From positions 32,001-96,000 of IMG/VR virus record IMGVR_UViG_3300018426_001942: a DNA stretch of 64,000 bases; one strand, given 5' to 3'. Origin of the DNA: a virus. Under the pieces are notes generated by a model. It saw only the letters and a list, made by a program, of their open reading frames with translations. It searched no databases and was not told the origin of the DNA. A program made the position numbers and the translations under genes. Of this stretch, positions 1 through 9,655 are shown in pieces; the stretch's first letter is position 1, and each line of letters begins with the position of its first letter.

Positions 1-1878
1 TATACAATACAAAATATATATGGTTATAGAAAATGGCAGATTACAAGTCCAACTAATAGTATAACAATTAATCTTGAGGCTGCAGGAGCATCTGAATTAC
101 CAATTGGTGAAACAGAAACATTTACTGAAACTATTATAAGAGTATTTGAAGGCAATGAATTACCTGTATATGTAGAAGCCGGCGCAACTACAGGAAGCGT
201 TACTTTTTGGGCGCCTGATAATGCTCTAACAAAATCTTCTAGGATTACAACTATATTCCCAGGTGCCGATATTAAACGTACCCTTTTAGATAAAGATAAA
301 GATTTAGTATACTTTGACAGACCACTTGAAATTGGTAGAGATTATGTAACAGGACAGACAGTTAGTATTGCATTATTTGCAGACGGCTTTTTTGAAAAAG
401 AATTGCTTACCTATGCAAATGAAGACGTAAATAATCCTTCGACTCCTAAAACATTTACTATAAGAATATTAGGAGAAGTTGATAGTGAAATTACATGGAT
501 TACTCCTGCTAACCTTGGAAGTATTACAGCCAATTTCTTTAGCACCAAACGTGTCACCGCACAAACAAATGTACCTGATACTAGACTAATTTATAGTATT
601 ATAAAAGGCCGTTTGCCAAACGGGCTTAGATTAGCGTATACAGGCGAAATAATAGGTAAAGTAACACAGTTTGGTACACTAGAAAATTTAGGATTAACAA
701 CATTTGACAATGCTGACTTTAGTTTAGACGGTGGTACTACATCAATAGACAGACAATATAAGTTTACAATTAGAGCAGAAGATAGATTTGGATACAGTGC
801 TGTTGAACGTGAATTTATAATAGACATAATCGATCAAGACAATACGCTTTATAGTAACTTGTATATTAGGCCAATGTTAGACCCTAATGTACGTAAAGAA
901 TATAAACGTTTTGTAAGTGATCCTGATATATTCCCAACAAATAGCATTTATAGACCAAGTGATCCTAACTTTGGAATACAAACAAAAATTAGTATGCTTG
1001 CCTATGCTGGAATTGAAACTAAAAATATCGACGAATACGTAGCAGCAACAGCAAAGAATCATAAAAGACGTCAGTATCATATAGGTGATATTAAAACGGC
1101 TATTGCAAAAGAACCAGGATCTAATGATATTGTTTACGAAGTAGTTTACTTAGAAATAGTGGATCCGAGAGATAGTAAAAAAGGAAAAGTTGCAAATAAC
1201 TTTATAGGTCATCCCCAACCAGCAATTACCGCAGATGCTGTGTCTTTTGAAGTATTAGACGATGAAACAGCACAAGACACAGGTTTTGATATTGTACAAA
1301 TTGACGGACGTTTTAGAGATAGTGAAATAATACTAGATCAAGGTGCAGGCATGACTGTCGGCACTAGAGAAGGTGACTTAATTCAAAATGTTGACAATGA
1401 CGATATTGATGTATTCTTACGTGATGGTACAGAAGTACATGTAGATGTAGACCTAAGTGATGCTGAACCTATTAGACAAAGATTAAGACAACGTGGAGAA
1501 AACGTTATTAAAGCAGATAGTGATGCTGTTACTATAAATGATGCTAACGAAGTTAATATGTACATTAGTAACACAACAAACATGCGTGAACAATTAGAAG
1601 CAATAGGAAAAAGTCAACGACAATACTTACCTTTATGGATGCGTACAGGTCAAGATGGAAGTATACAAGAGCTAGACTATGTTACAGCAATTCCATTAGC
1701 ATATGTTAAACCTGGAGAATCGAAAAAGGTGCTGACAAATGTAAAAAATGCATTAAATAACGGAGTATTTGATTTTAAAACAATTAACTTCGATGTTGAC
1801 AGATATGTTGTAGATAGTGCAACAGGAGTTCAAGAAGAAAGATATATTGTCTTTCCAAATTATGTTTTTAATGTTTAA
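1..1878 (+). CDS. Large virion structural protein, baseplate wedge-like with Ig-like repeats (5' partial)
   Basis: Frame of ORF 403..1878 appears open back to base 1; Ig/He_PIG-like segment (YSIIKGRLPNGLRL...G.I.G; YKFTIRAED); next to other virion genes. Confidence 0.6.
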   Translation, partial: YTIQNIYGYRKWQITSPTNSITINLEAAGASELPIGETETFTETIIRVFEGNELPVYVEAGATTGSVTFWAPDNALTKSSRITTIFPGADIKRTLLDKDKDLVYFDRPLEIGRDYVTGQTVSIALFADGFFEKELLTYANEDVNNPSTPKTFTIRILGEVDSEITWITPANLGSITANFFSTKRVTAQTNVPDTRLIYSIIKGRLPNGLRLAYTGEIIGKVTQFGTLENLGLTTFDNADFSLDGGTTSIDRQYKFTIRAEDRFGYSAVEREFIIDIIDQDNTLYSNLYIRPMLDPNVRKEYKRFVSDPDIFPTNSIYRPSDPNFGIQTKISMLAYAGIETKNIDEYVAATAKNHKRRQYHIGDIKTAIAKEPGSNDIVYEVVYLEIVDPRDSKKGKVANNFIGHPQPAITADAVSFEVLDDETAQDTGFDIVQIDGRFRDSEIILDQGAGMTVGTREGDLIQNVDNDDIDVFLRDGTEVHVDVDLSDAEPIRQRLRQRGENVIKADSDAVTINDANEVNMYISNTTNMREQLEAIGKSQRQYLPLWMRTGQDGSIQELDYVTAIPLAYVKPGESKKVLTNVKNALNNGVFDFKTINFDVDRYVVDSATGVQEERYIVFPNYVFNV

Positions 1879-1883
1879 TGCTA

Positions 1884-1891
1884 GATAAATA
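1884..1891 (+). promoter_or_regulatory. Late promoter motif GATAAATA (T4 TATAAATA-like)
   Basis: Same 8-mer recurs just upstream of genes at 3327, 8380, 12495, 18041, 22369, 40665, 45394. Confidence 0.65.
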
Positions 1892-1909
1892 ATATACCAG
1901 GAGAACAAA

Positions 1910-2530
1910 ATGGCCAGTAATATAGTAGATACAACAATTGATGATACGTTTCCTGTCGCAGGCGTAGATAACGATAGTCAAGGTTTTAGAGATAATTTCA
2001 ATATTATTAAACAAAACTTTACAGCGGCAAGAGCAGAAATTACAGAACTTCAAGCAAATGCTGTTTTAAAAAATAAGTTAGACAGCCAAGAAGAACTAGA
2101 CAACAACTTTGGCGGTAACGAAGTAACACAAGCATTATTTAAAAATTGTGCCGATGGCGTGTTTGAAGCAGGTGCAATTAACAACGCAACAAATATAAGT
2201 TATCTTAACGGGGTTTATCAATCAGGAATACTAACTCAAGCATATGTAGATAGTGGCGATGACCTTACTTTAGCAGACTGGCCTGCTAGTGGTTATGCAA
2301 GAATGCTTATAGAACTTGTTGCAGATTTACCTGGTGTTTCTAGAGTAGTAACGTTCCGTAGTGAAGGAAGTTACACTATGAAAAAATTAACTACTGACTC
2401 TTGGTCTTCTACCACAGCAACTAGTGTTAGTATAGATGTAGACAGCGATACAAATCAAACTATCTTAGAATTTTGGACTAACGATGGTGGTAACACTATT
2501 TTTGCAAAAGTACTAGGACAGTTTGAGTAA
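1910..2530 (+). CDS. Putative virion structural protein
   Basis: 206 aa; AGGAG RBS; late promoter; N-terminal FPVAGVDNDSQGFRDNF + coiled coil, beta-rich C-terminus. Confidence 0.55.
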   Translation: MASNIVDTTIDDTFPVAGVDNDSQGFRDNFNIIKQNFTAARAEITELQANAVLKNKLDSQEELDNNFGGNEVTQALFKNCADGVFEAGAINNATNISYLNGVYQSGILTQAYVDSGDDLTLADWPASGYARMLIELVADLPGVSRVVTFRSEGSYTMKKLTTDSWSSTTATSVSIDVDSDTNQTILEFWTNDGGNTIFAKVLGQFE

Positions 2531-2764
2531 ATGTTTAATCCTTTAGTTGACGACTTTTCTCTATTGTCAGATACTGAAGTTGAAGAAAAGTTACTAGATC
2601 TTAGAAGAAAATACTGGCTAACAAGAAACCCCTCTGTTCAAGAACAGATTCAAGTCATTATGAATATGTATGCAGAAGAACTTTCTGTACGTAGAGCACA
2701 AGCAATGAAAAAAGCAAATGATGACAGCGAAAATGGACTTGACAATCTGATTAATATCAGTTAA
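2531..2764 (+). CDS. Hypothetical protein
   Basis: 77-aa ORF abutting the upstream stop. Confidence 0.6.
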   Translation: MFNPLVDDFSLLSDTEVEEKLLDLRRKYWLTRNPSVQEQIQVIMNMYAEELSVRRAQAMKKANDDSENGLDNLINIS

Positions 2765-2767
2765 AAT
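2739..2767 (+). promoter_or_regulatory. Sigma70-type promoter
   Basis: TTGACA-N17-TAAAAT, 6 nt before the ATG at 2774. Confidence 0.65.
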
Positions 2768-2773
2768 ACATAT

Positions 2774-3331
2774 ATGCTTATGAAAACAGATTCTCTAGGA
2801 ATACCAAGATTCTCTAATCGCGATCTTATAGATATGATCTATAATGGAGATGCGGATAAAGTTCATGTGGTTTTATGCGATCCTAGCGATGACATAGACA
2901 AGTTTAATACAGCAATGGAAGAACAAGGTATGAATCCATTGCAAAAGTATATTCCACTAGATGTAGATCAAAAAACATTTGACGGTGTATGTCAGGGCGA
3001 ATGGTTTATGCCAGAAGAATATAAATCGCTTGCGATTGAAGAATGGTTATTTGCAAAAGTAATGGAAGAAAAACAACACGCCGGAGTTGATTTTGTATAT
3101 AACTCTACAGAATGGATGCGGGTAGAACAAGAACTAGAAGCGTATAAAGAGCGTGGTATGTATGACCTACTACGCTATATGGTATATCTAGTAGACTTTA
3201 TGCGTGAGAATAACATTGTATGGGGTGTAGGACGTGGGTCAAGTGTAGCAAGTTATGTGTTATACTTAATAGGTGTTCATAAGATAAATTCAATCCAATA
3301 TGACTTGGATTGGCGAGAGTTCTTAAGATAA
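2774..3331 (+). CDS. DNA polymerase III alpha (DnaE)-like fragment (split or truncated)
   Basis: C-terminal WGVGRGSSVASYVLYLIGVHKINSIQYDLDWREFLR matches DnaE GPGRGS.AGSLVAY.LGIT.IDP..YDLLFERFL; only 185 aa. Confidence 0.8.
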   Translation: MLMKTDSLGIPRFSNRDLIDMIYNGDADKVHVVLCDPSDDIDKFNTAMEEQGMNPLQKYIPLDVDQKTFDGVCQGEWFMPEEYKSLAIEEWLFAKVMEEKQHAGVDFVYNSTEWMRVEQELEAYKERGMYDLLRYMVYLVDFMRENNIVWGVGRGSSVASYVLYLIGVHKINSIQYDLDWREFLR

Positions 3332-3356
3332 ATACGTACATAATAGGAGAAGCATT

Positions 3357-3770
3357 ATGGCAATGAGACAAAAAGGTCAAAAGACCTATACAACAATGCA
3401 AGGCAAACAGATTGATATGGATTTGTTGCGTAAGAAGAATGAATTAACTCCTGCGGTAGGCAATGCTCGTGTAAATGCACGAGGTGATGAGCTTGGCCCA
3501 GGTGGTAAAATTGTTCGTAAGCGTGAACAAGTAATTAAAGATTACTATAAGGGATCTATGCCTGTATCAGAAGAACCTGCGGTTACTGTATCTGATGTTG
3601 TAAAAGAAGAACCTGTTGTTCAAAAAACTGTCAAATCTAAAACTACTACAAGAGCTCAGCAAAAAGAGGCTGAAGCTACACCATCTGAAGCAGAACTTAA
3701 AGAGTTTGAAGAAATGGACGATGGTTGGGTAGAAGACGAAGACGGCAATTTTGTGCAAAAAGGTGACTAA
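3357..3770 (+). CDS. Hypothetical phage protein
   Basis: 137 aa; AGGAG RBS; late motif at 3327-3334. Confidence 0.7.
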   Translation: MAMRQKGQKTYTTMQGKQIDMDLLRKKNELTPAVGNARVNARGDELGPGGKIVRKREQVIKDYYKGSMPVSEEPAVTVSDVVKEEPVVQKTVKSKTTTRAQQKEAEATPSEAELKEFEEMDDGWVEDEDGNFVQKGD

Positions 3771-4171
3771 TGGTTAAAAATATAAATGCAATAAAAGGCA
3801 ACCCAAGAGCTATTGGGAAAAGAGTACTAGTAACTGATATGCATTTTGGCGAACAGGTTACTAAAGGTGGCATTATCCTCGGCAACGACGATGGTAAAAC
3901 TAGAGGAATATATCCTCGCTGGGCTCGTGTTTATTCTAAAGGCCCTGACAACAAAGATGAGTATTCGGTAGGAGACTGGATTTTAATCGAACACGGTCGG
4001 TGGACACGTGGTATGAAAATAGAAACCGACGATGGCGAACGAGAAATTCGTATGATTGAAGAAACCGCTGTACTTGCTTACTCAGATGAAAAACCAGAAA
4101 GTGTACAGATCGGTGCAGAATACTCAGACGGTCCTGCAACAATCGATCCTGGATCATTTATAAACCAATAA
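3770..4171 (+). CDS. groES: Co-chaperonin GroES-like
   Basis: PRAIGKRVLV...EQVTKGGIIL mobile loop, V..GP, VGDWIL. Confidence 0.8.
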   Translation: MVKNINAIKGNPRAIGKRVLVTDMHFGEQVTKGGIILGNDDGKTRGIYPRWARVYSKGPDNKDEYSVGDWILIEHGRWTRGMKIETDDGEREIRMIEETAVLAYSDEKPESVQIGAEYSDGPATIDPGSFINQ

Positions 4172-4179
4172 GGCATAAC

Positions 4180-4533
4180 ATGACAGACGTATTTGAAGAC
4201 ATTAATAAATTCGCAACGGCTTGCGATCAAGAACCGAGCGAAGCAAACTACAAAATGTATCTTGATTTAATTCGAGAAGAAGTAGGCGAACTAGAAGAAG
4301 CTATTGCAGAAAATGATAGAGTTGAACAATTAGATGCATTAATTGACATTCTTGTTGTTACATTAGGCGCCGTTCGAGCAGGAGGCTTTAAAGGGCAAGA
4401 TGCTTGGAAAGAAGTAATGGATACAAACTTTGCTAAGATTAATCCAGAGACAGGCAAAGTTATCAAACGAGAAGATGGTAAGGTACTAAAGCCAGAAGGC
4501 TGGAAGTCGCCAGAACTTACTAAATTTATCTAA
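4180..4533 (+). CDS. MazG-like NTP pyrophosphohydrolase
   Basis: LIREEVGEL..A...EQLDALIDILVV and REDGKVLKPEGW motifs. Confidence 0.8.
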   Translation: MTDVFEDINKFATACDQEPSEANYKMYLDLIREEVGELEEAIAENDRVEQLDALIDILVVTLGAVRAGGFKGQDAWKEVMDTNFAKINPETGKVIKREDGKVLKPEGWKSPELTKFI

Positions 4534-4541
4534 AAAATCAC

Positions 4542-4570
4542 TTGACAACTCCGCATTTATATTGTATACT
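4542..4570 (+). promoter_or_regulatory. Sigma70-type early promoter
   Basis: TTGACA-N17-TATACT. Confidence 0.75.
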
Positions 4571-4599
4571 AACACAATAAAAGTTTACAAGGAGAACTA

Positions 4600-4764
4600 A
4601 TGCGGATTCCTAATCAAAGCTCAGGTATTGGCACTACTGGACTTACAGGCGTAAGTCTTATGGTATTGCATATTACTGGGTATATCACAGGCTGGGCATG
4701 GCCTCTACTTTATATCATGCTTATTATTTCAGGTATCGGACAAGAAAATAGGAGAATGAACTAA
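4600..4764 (+). CDS. Small membrane protein (54 aa)
   Basis: AAGGAG RBS; MRIPNQSSGIGTTGLTGVSLMVLHITGYITGWAWPLLYIMLII...; stop overlaps next start; not in ORF track. Confidence 0.65.
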   Translation: MRIPNQSSGIGTTGLTGVSLMVLHITGYITGWAWPLLYIMLIISGIGQENRRMN

Positions 4765-5300
4765 TGATTCATGGCATGATCGACTTAGAAACCCTTGACA
4801 CTAGACCAAGTTGCACAGTTTTAAGTCTAGGTGCCGTGAAGTTTGATCCTACCAGTGATGCAGAACCACACAGCGAAATGTACTTTAAAATTTGTGTAGA
4901 CGATCAAGATAAACTTGGCAGAACTGTATCTGACAGTACGATTGAATGGTGGAGCAAACAAGATCCTAAAGTAATGGAAGAAGCGTTTGATCAAGAAAAC
5001 TGTATTACTGTTGAAGAAGCACTGAAGCAACTTAGCAAATGGTCAGTAGGTGTAGACACAATTTGGGGCCATGGTTATGGGTTTGACATAACTATTATTG
5101 AAGATATGTATAGGAATATTGGAAAACCTATACCTTGGAATTTTTGGCAGATTAAAGATAGCAGAACACTGTTTGGTTGTTGTGAAACAGATCCTAGAAA
5201 ACTACTAGGACAAAGTGATTTACACAATGCACTTGCTGATGCTTATTTTCAATCTAGAGGTGTGCAATTAGCATATAAAGAATTAGGACTTAAACGATGA
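4764..5300 (+). CDS. DEDDh 3'-5' exonuclease
   Basis: MIDLETL, WGHGYGFD, DSRTL, HNALADA motifs. Confidence 0.85.
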   Translation: MIHGMIDLETLDTRPSCTVLSLGAVKFDPTSDAEPHSEMYFKICVDDQDKLGRTVSDSTIEWWSKQDPKVMEEAFDQENCITVEEALKQLSKWSVGVDTIWGHGYGFDITIIEDMYRNIGKPIPWNFWQIKDSRTLFGCCETDPRKLLGQSDLHNALADAYFQSRGVQLAYKELGLKR

Positions 5301-6211
5301 AAGAACTTTGGGTAGAAAAATATCGTCCAAAAAATGTAGATGGTTATGTATTTAGAGATGACGCACAAAAGAAGCAAGTACAACAGTGGATCAAAGATAA
5401 AACTATTCCGCACTTGCTTTTTAGTGGCAATGCTGGGATTGGTAAAACTACTCTTGCTAAATTACTTTTTAACGAACTTGATGTAAATGATCTAGACATA
5501 CTAGAAATTAACGCATCGCGAACAAACTCAGTAGATGATGTTCGTGATAAAATTGTAAACTTTGTACAGATGATCCCATTTGGGGACTTTAAGGTGGTGC
5601 TACTTGATGAGGCTGACTACTTATCTCCCAACGCTCAAGCGGCGTTGCGTGGTGTTATGGAAGAGTATCATACTACTTCTCGTTTCATTCTTACTTGTAA
5701 CTATCCAAATCGTATTATACCCGCTTTGCATAGTAGGTGTCAAGGTTTCCACATTGCTAAAATTGACCAAACTGAGTTCACAGCTAGAGTTGCTGAAATC
5801 CTTATTACCGAAGGTGTTACTCCTGATTTGGATACGCTCGATACCTATGTAAAAGCAACATATCCAGACTTGCGTAAGTGTATTAACACAGTACAAATGA
5901 ATGTGCAAGACAACAGTTTGCTAAAGCCTAATGAAGGTGACACGGGCGAAGCTGATTGGAAACTAGACATGGTCGAACTGTTTAAAGCAGGCAAAATTCA
6001 AGAAGCACGTAAAATGCTTTGTGGTGCTGTACGTCCAGAAGAGATGGAAGAAATTTATCGTTGGTTGTACGATAACATTGAGTTGTTCGGATCTGAGGAG
6101 CAACAAGACCAAGCTGTGCTAATTATTAAGCAGGGGTTAGTAGATCATACATTGGTCGTTGATCCAGAAATTAACTTAGCGGCAACGCTAATTAGACTAG
6201 CAAGATTATGA
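5297..6211 (+). CDS. Sliding clamp loader subunit (RFC/gp44-like)
   Basis: LWVEKYRP, Walker A GNAGIGKT, LDEAD, SRC motif. Confidence 0.92.
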   Translation: MKELWVEKYRPKNVDGYVFRDDAQKKQVQQWIKDKTIPHLLFSGNAGIGKTTLAKLLFNELDVNDLDILEINASRTNSVDDVRDKIVNFVQMIPFGDFKVVLLDEADYLSPNAQAALRGVMEEYHTTSRFILTCNYPNRIIPALHSRCQGFHIAKIDQTEFTARVAEILITEGVTPDLDTLDTYVKATYPDLRKCINTVQMNVQDNSLLKPNEGDTGEADWKLDMVELFKAGKIQEARKMLCGAVRPEEMEEIYRWLYDNIELFGSEEQQDQAVLIIKQGLVDHTLVVDPEINLAATLIRLARL

Positions 6212-6339
6212 GTGTAAAAAAAGATCTAAAAACTTTAGGATTAATTGCAGGTAAAAAGAAAACTAATCAATTAGTTAAAATTGGTATTACTATGTGGTTA
6301 GTACTTGGTTTTATTATTTTAACTAGTTTGGTAAAATAA
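6208..6339 (+). CDS. Small single-TM protein (43 aa)
   Basis: MSVKKDLK...[19 protein letters not shown] fills the gap with ATGA and TAATG overlaps. Confidence 0.55.
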   Translation: MSVKKDLKTLGLIAGKKKTNQLVKIGITMWLVLGFIILTSLVK

Positions 6340-6686
6340 TGAGCTATCTAGTTACAGATAATTGTATTAAATGCAAGCATACCGATTGCGTAGCTGTTTG
6401 CCCAGTAGATTGTTTTTATGAAGCAGAAAACTTTTTAGCAATTAATCCGGATGAATGCATAGACTGTGGTGTTTGTGTTCCTGAGTGTCCTGCTAATGCT
6501 ATAGTATCTGAATCAGAGCTTAGTCCAGAACTTAGAGAAAAGTGGGATGAAATTAATAGACGTGTTTCTGATTGGAACATAAACATAATAGATCAAAAGG
6601 AACCATTACCAGATGCAAAAGAATGGGATGAGTATCCTAACAAATACGAAGAATTCGGTATTATACCGGTTAAGGACATAACATGA
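6339..6686 (+). CDS. fdxA: 7Fe ([3Fe-4S][4Fe-4S]) ferredoxin, FdxA-like
   Basis: [18 protein letters not shown] and [12 protein letters not shown]. Confidence 0.88.
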   Translation: MSYLVTDNCIKCKHTDCVAVCPVDCFYEAENFLAINPDECIDCGVCVPECPANAIVSESELSPELREKWDEINRRVSDWNINIIDQKEPLPDAKEWDEYPNKYEEFGIIPVKDIT

Positions 6687-6871
6687 GTAAAGGCAGTAAT
6701 CGTAGGCCCCAAAACATTTCCGATAAACAAATGACTGATAATTGGAATAGTATTTTTGGTAAAAAGAATTATAAAGAAGTACAGCAAGATATAACTGAAC
6801 TTAATAGCGACGGGAATCGCGATCGTGGAAGATACGGAGAGGATAAAATTAATGAACGTACGACTAGTTAG
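6683..6871 (+). CDS. Hypothetical protein
   Basis: 62 aa; MSKGSNRRP...WNSIFGK; overlaps both neighbours. Confidence 0.55.
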   Translation: MSKGSNRRPQNISDKQMTDNWNSIFGKKNYKEVQQDITELNSDGNRDRGRYGEDKINERTTS

Positions 6872-7547
6872 TTACACAAAACCAACTGAAGACTTTGTTG
6901 CTGAAGGTATGAACAGCGACGATTTATTAGACCTTGTAGCATTTTGTGCTAGGGTTTCAAACCCTGCAAATCAAATGAACTCAGAAACAAGTGAAAAACT
7001 TGTAAAATATTTAATTAAACATGCACACTGGTCACCGCTTGAGATGGTAAATGCTTGTTTAGAAATAGATACTACTCGTGATATTGCACATCAGATTGTG
7101 CGTCATCGTAGTTTTGCCTTTCAAGAGTTTAGTCAACGTTATGCAGAGCCGGGACAAATGGGCGATGAAGTCTTTATTACTAGTGAAGCTCGGTTGCAGG
7201 ATAATAAAAACAGACAAAATTCTATTGAACTTGATATGGCACAAGAAGGTATGGCTGAACTTATGGTAAAATGGGAAGAATTACAACAGGATGTAATATT
7301 CACAGCAGGCCGAGCTTATGATTGGGCTATTGAAAACGGTATTGCAAAAGAAGTAGCTCGCAAAGTATTACCAGAAGGACTTACTAAAACACGATTGTAT
7401 ATGAATGGTACACTACGTAGCTGGATTCACTACATAGAATTAAGAGGTGCTAACGGCACACAAAAAGAGCATATGGAAATTGCTCATGCTTGTGCAGAAG
7501 TTATTGCAAAAATTTTCCCACTAGCTGAAGAATTGAAAGGGGCATAA
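6852..7547 (+). CDS. thyX: Flavin-dependent thymidylate synthase ThyX
   Basis: HWSPLE, RHRSFAFQEFSQRY, ARKVLP; start placed at ATG 6852 after GGAGAGG. Confidence 0.93.
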   Translation: MNVRLVSYTKPTEDFVAEGMNSDDLLDLVAFCARVSNPANQMNSETSEKLVKYLIKHAHWSPLEMVNACLEIDTTRDIAHQIVRHRSFAFQEFSQRYAEPGQMGDEVFITSEARLQDNKNRQNSIELDMAQEGMAELMVKWEELQQDVIFTAGRAYDWAIENGIAKEVARKVLPEGLTKTRLYMNGTLRSWIHYIELRGANGTQKEHMEIAHACAEVIAKIFPLAEELKGA

Positions 7548-7558
7548 AGCCCCTTTCA
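7534..7558. terminator. Bidirectional hairpin terminator between convergent thyX and phoH
   Basis: TGAAAGGGGC-ATAAA-GCCCCTTTCA, perfect 10-bp stem. Confidence 0.75.
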
Positions 7559-8281
7559 TTATTCGTCTCCATATATTTGGAGTACTTCTTTTACAGCTTT
7601 ATGTCTTTCTATATCTCCCTGTTCGAACTGGACTATGTCCAAATAAGATACATTACTTGTTTGCAACAGTTTCATAAAATCTAATAAACCGTTGTCCTTT
7701 AGCCTATCAGCTTGTGCTAAGTCGCCTGTAACGGCCATCATTGAGCCTTCGCCTAGTCTAGTAAGTAACATTTTCATTTGGTTTTGTGTGGTATTTTGCA
7801 TTTCGTCAGCTAATATAAAACTCCTTTTAAATGTTCGACCACGCATATATGCTAAAGGCGCAATCTCTATAATTTGTTCTTCGATCATGCCTTCTATTTC
7901 TCTCGCACTAAAATAGTCTCTTAGTACGTCAAAGATAGGTCTTGTCCAAGGTGCCATTTTTTGTTCTAATGTACCTGGTAAGAATCCTAGATCTTCGTCT
8001 GCGCTTACAGCGGGCCTAGTTACAATTATTTTATCTATTACGCCTTGTTTAAATAGTTTTACAGCAACTTGCACAGCCAAAAGAGTTTTGCCTGTTCCTG
8101 CAGGACCTACGCCAAAGACTATGTCTTTTGATTGGTCGAGCAACTTTAACACGTATGCTTCTTGGTTTCTATTTCTGGGTAATATTTGTATTTCTTTAGA
8201 TTGTTTTTTGTGAAAATTAATGTCTACGACATTTTGAAAGTTTGGATTTGCGTTATTACGCTGTTTCCTTTTTGCTCCCAT
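7559..8281 (-). CDS. phoH: PhoH-family ATPase
   Basis: GPAGTGKT, LGFLPG, YMRGRTF, DEMQN, TGDLAQAD; start at 8281 after GGAGG. Confidence 0.93.
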   Translation of the reverse strand: MGAKRKQRNNANPNFQNVVDINFHKKQSKEIQILPRNRNQEAYVLKLLDQSKDIVFGVGPAGTGKTLLAVQVAVKLFKQGVIDKIIVTRPAVSADEDLGFLPGTLEQKMAPWTRPIFDVLRDYFSAREIEGMIEEQIIEIAPLAYMRGRTFKRSFILADEMQNTTQNQMKMLLTRLGEGSMMAVTGDLAQADRLKDNGLLDFMKLLQTSNVSYLDIVQFEQGDIERHKAVKEVLQIYGDE

Positions 8282-8406
8282 TAAGTTTCCTCCTATGGAA
8301 TAGTGTACAATGACATATTGTACAAAAGTATTTACCATTTGATCAGCAGAGAAAAACTGTCTGTTATGATCTTAAATACGATAAATAAGTATAGCGGAGA
8401 GTACAA

Positions 8407-8919
8407 ATGCAAGATACTTTAGATATTATAAAAAATGTTGAAAACATATATAATAGCGATTCGGCGTTTCAAATCTTAAAAGACTTTGAAAGAGTGCTAG
8501 ATGAACTAGACCTGTATGTATATGATAACTGGCAAGATGGTGAATTATTACAAGGTCCTGATATAACAAGACATTGGGTATCTTGTAAGTTTATGTGGGA
8601 TCGGAACAACATGCCAGATCCTATGGGTGGCAAGCGTTTAGTAGATTATGATTGCAAAGTTTCTTATCAAAAAGATGATATAATTGTACCCCGTAAAATT
8701 AAGAAACCTAGCGACATGCGTGACGGCACTAAAAAAGGTAAACTTGATCGTAAACCTATATGGATTGTAAACATTGAAATGCCTAAGAGTTTACTTGCAG
8801 ATATTTACGGTGGTTACAAAGAGCAAGTTACTGAACCTGCTGTTCCAGCAACAGCACAACAAGAGCCACAGCAAGCCGACGTAGAAGCAACACCTGAACC
8901 AGCAGGAGAATTAGCCTAA
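8407..8919 (+). CDS. Hypothetical phage protein
   Basis: 170 aa; GGAG RBS; late motif 8380-8387. Confidence 0.7.
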   Translation: MQDTLDIIKNVENIYNSDSAFQILKDFERVLDELDLYVYDNWQDGELLQGPDITRHWVSCKFMWDRNNMPDPMGGKRLVDYDCKVSYQKDDIIVPRKIKKPSDMRDGTKKGKLDRKPIWIVNIEMPKSLLADIYGGYKEQVTEPAVPATAQQEPQQADVEATPEPAGELA

Positions 8920-9638
8920 TGGGTTTACTTAAATCAGATTTAAAAAACATGGTCTACGACATTTTTGAAATTGATAGTTTCAAATCAAAAATGGGGGAAG
9001 ATAAAGACATAGTAACATTAGCATTTAGTGTTAAGGAAAAAGAAGCGGCTAATGATCTAATGAATTTTTTAGAAAAAGGGTATGACTTTGTTTTAGATGC
9101 TGATGCTACACCAGGCGAACAAAGTGATGGCACATATAAAGTTTTTGTAGAAGTAGAAAGATCAAAACATATTCCAGAACAAGTTATGGAAATTGCAGAC
9201 GGTGTTTGTAAACTGTCTGACATAGAAAGTTTAAAATTTAGATACTACAAAAATTTTAAATCAAAAGATCTTACGCAAGATAGTCTTGCAGAAGAGATTC
9301 CATTAGACAGTAATACTTACGATATTAAAATCCAAGAAACACGTCTAAATAATTACAAAGATTTCTTTAACAAAAGTTACTTAGAAGAATCGTATATGAC
9401 AGGTGACGTACTAACACTTAAAAAAGTGTATGCAGAACCAATCCAATTTAGAGTCATTGATTTTGGAGAAACGATAAACACTATCGCAAACATAAACGAA
9501 AGAGTTAATACAGATGATTTTGCTGAAATTATCTTTTTAAGTAAATACCTTGGCGATTACAACATTACTAAATATGGTAATAAACTATCGCTAGATAATA
9601 GTAACAATACACTAGTTGTAGAAAGACTACGTAAGTAG
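8919..9638 (+). CDS. Hypothetical phage protein
   Basis: 239 aa; translationally coupled to upstream gene. Confidence 0.7.
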   Translation: MGLLKSDLKNMVYDIFEIDSFKSKMGEDKDIVTLAFSVKEKEAANDLMNFLEKGYDFVLDADATPGEQSDGTYKVFVEVERSKHIPEQVMEIADGVCKLSDIESLKFRYYKNFKSKDLTQDSLAEEIPLDSNTYDIKIQETRLNNYKDFFNKSYLEESYMTGDVLTLKKVYAEPIQFRVIDFGETINTIANINERVNTDDFAEIIFLSKYLGDYNITKYGNKLSLDNSNNTLVVERLRK

Positions 9639-9655
9639 CATTAACAGGAAGAAAT

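Noticed and set aside
5580-5852. 90-aa hydrophobic +1-frame ORF inside the clamp loader
   Set aside because: Fully nested, non-ATG start, no clear RBS; +1 frames of T-ending codons are hydrophobic by default
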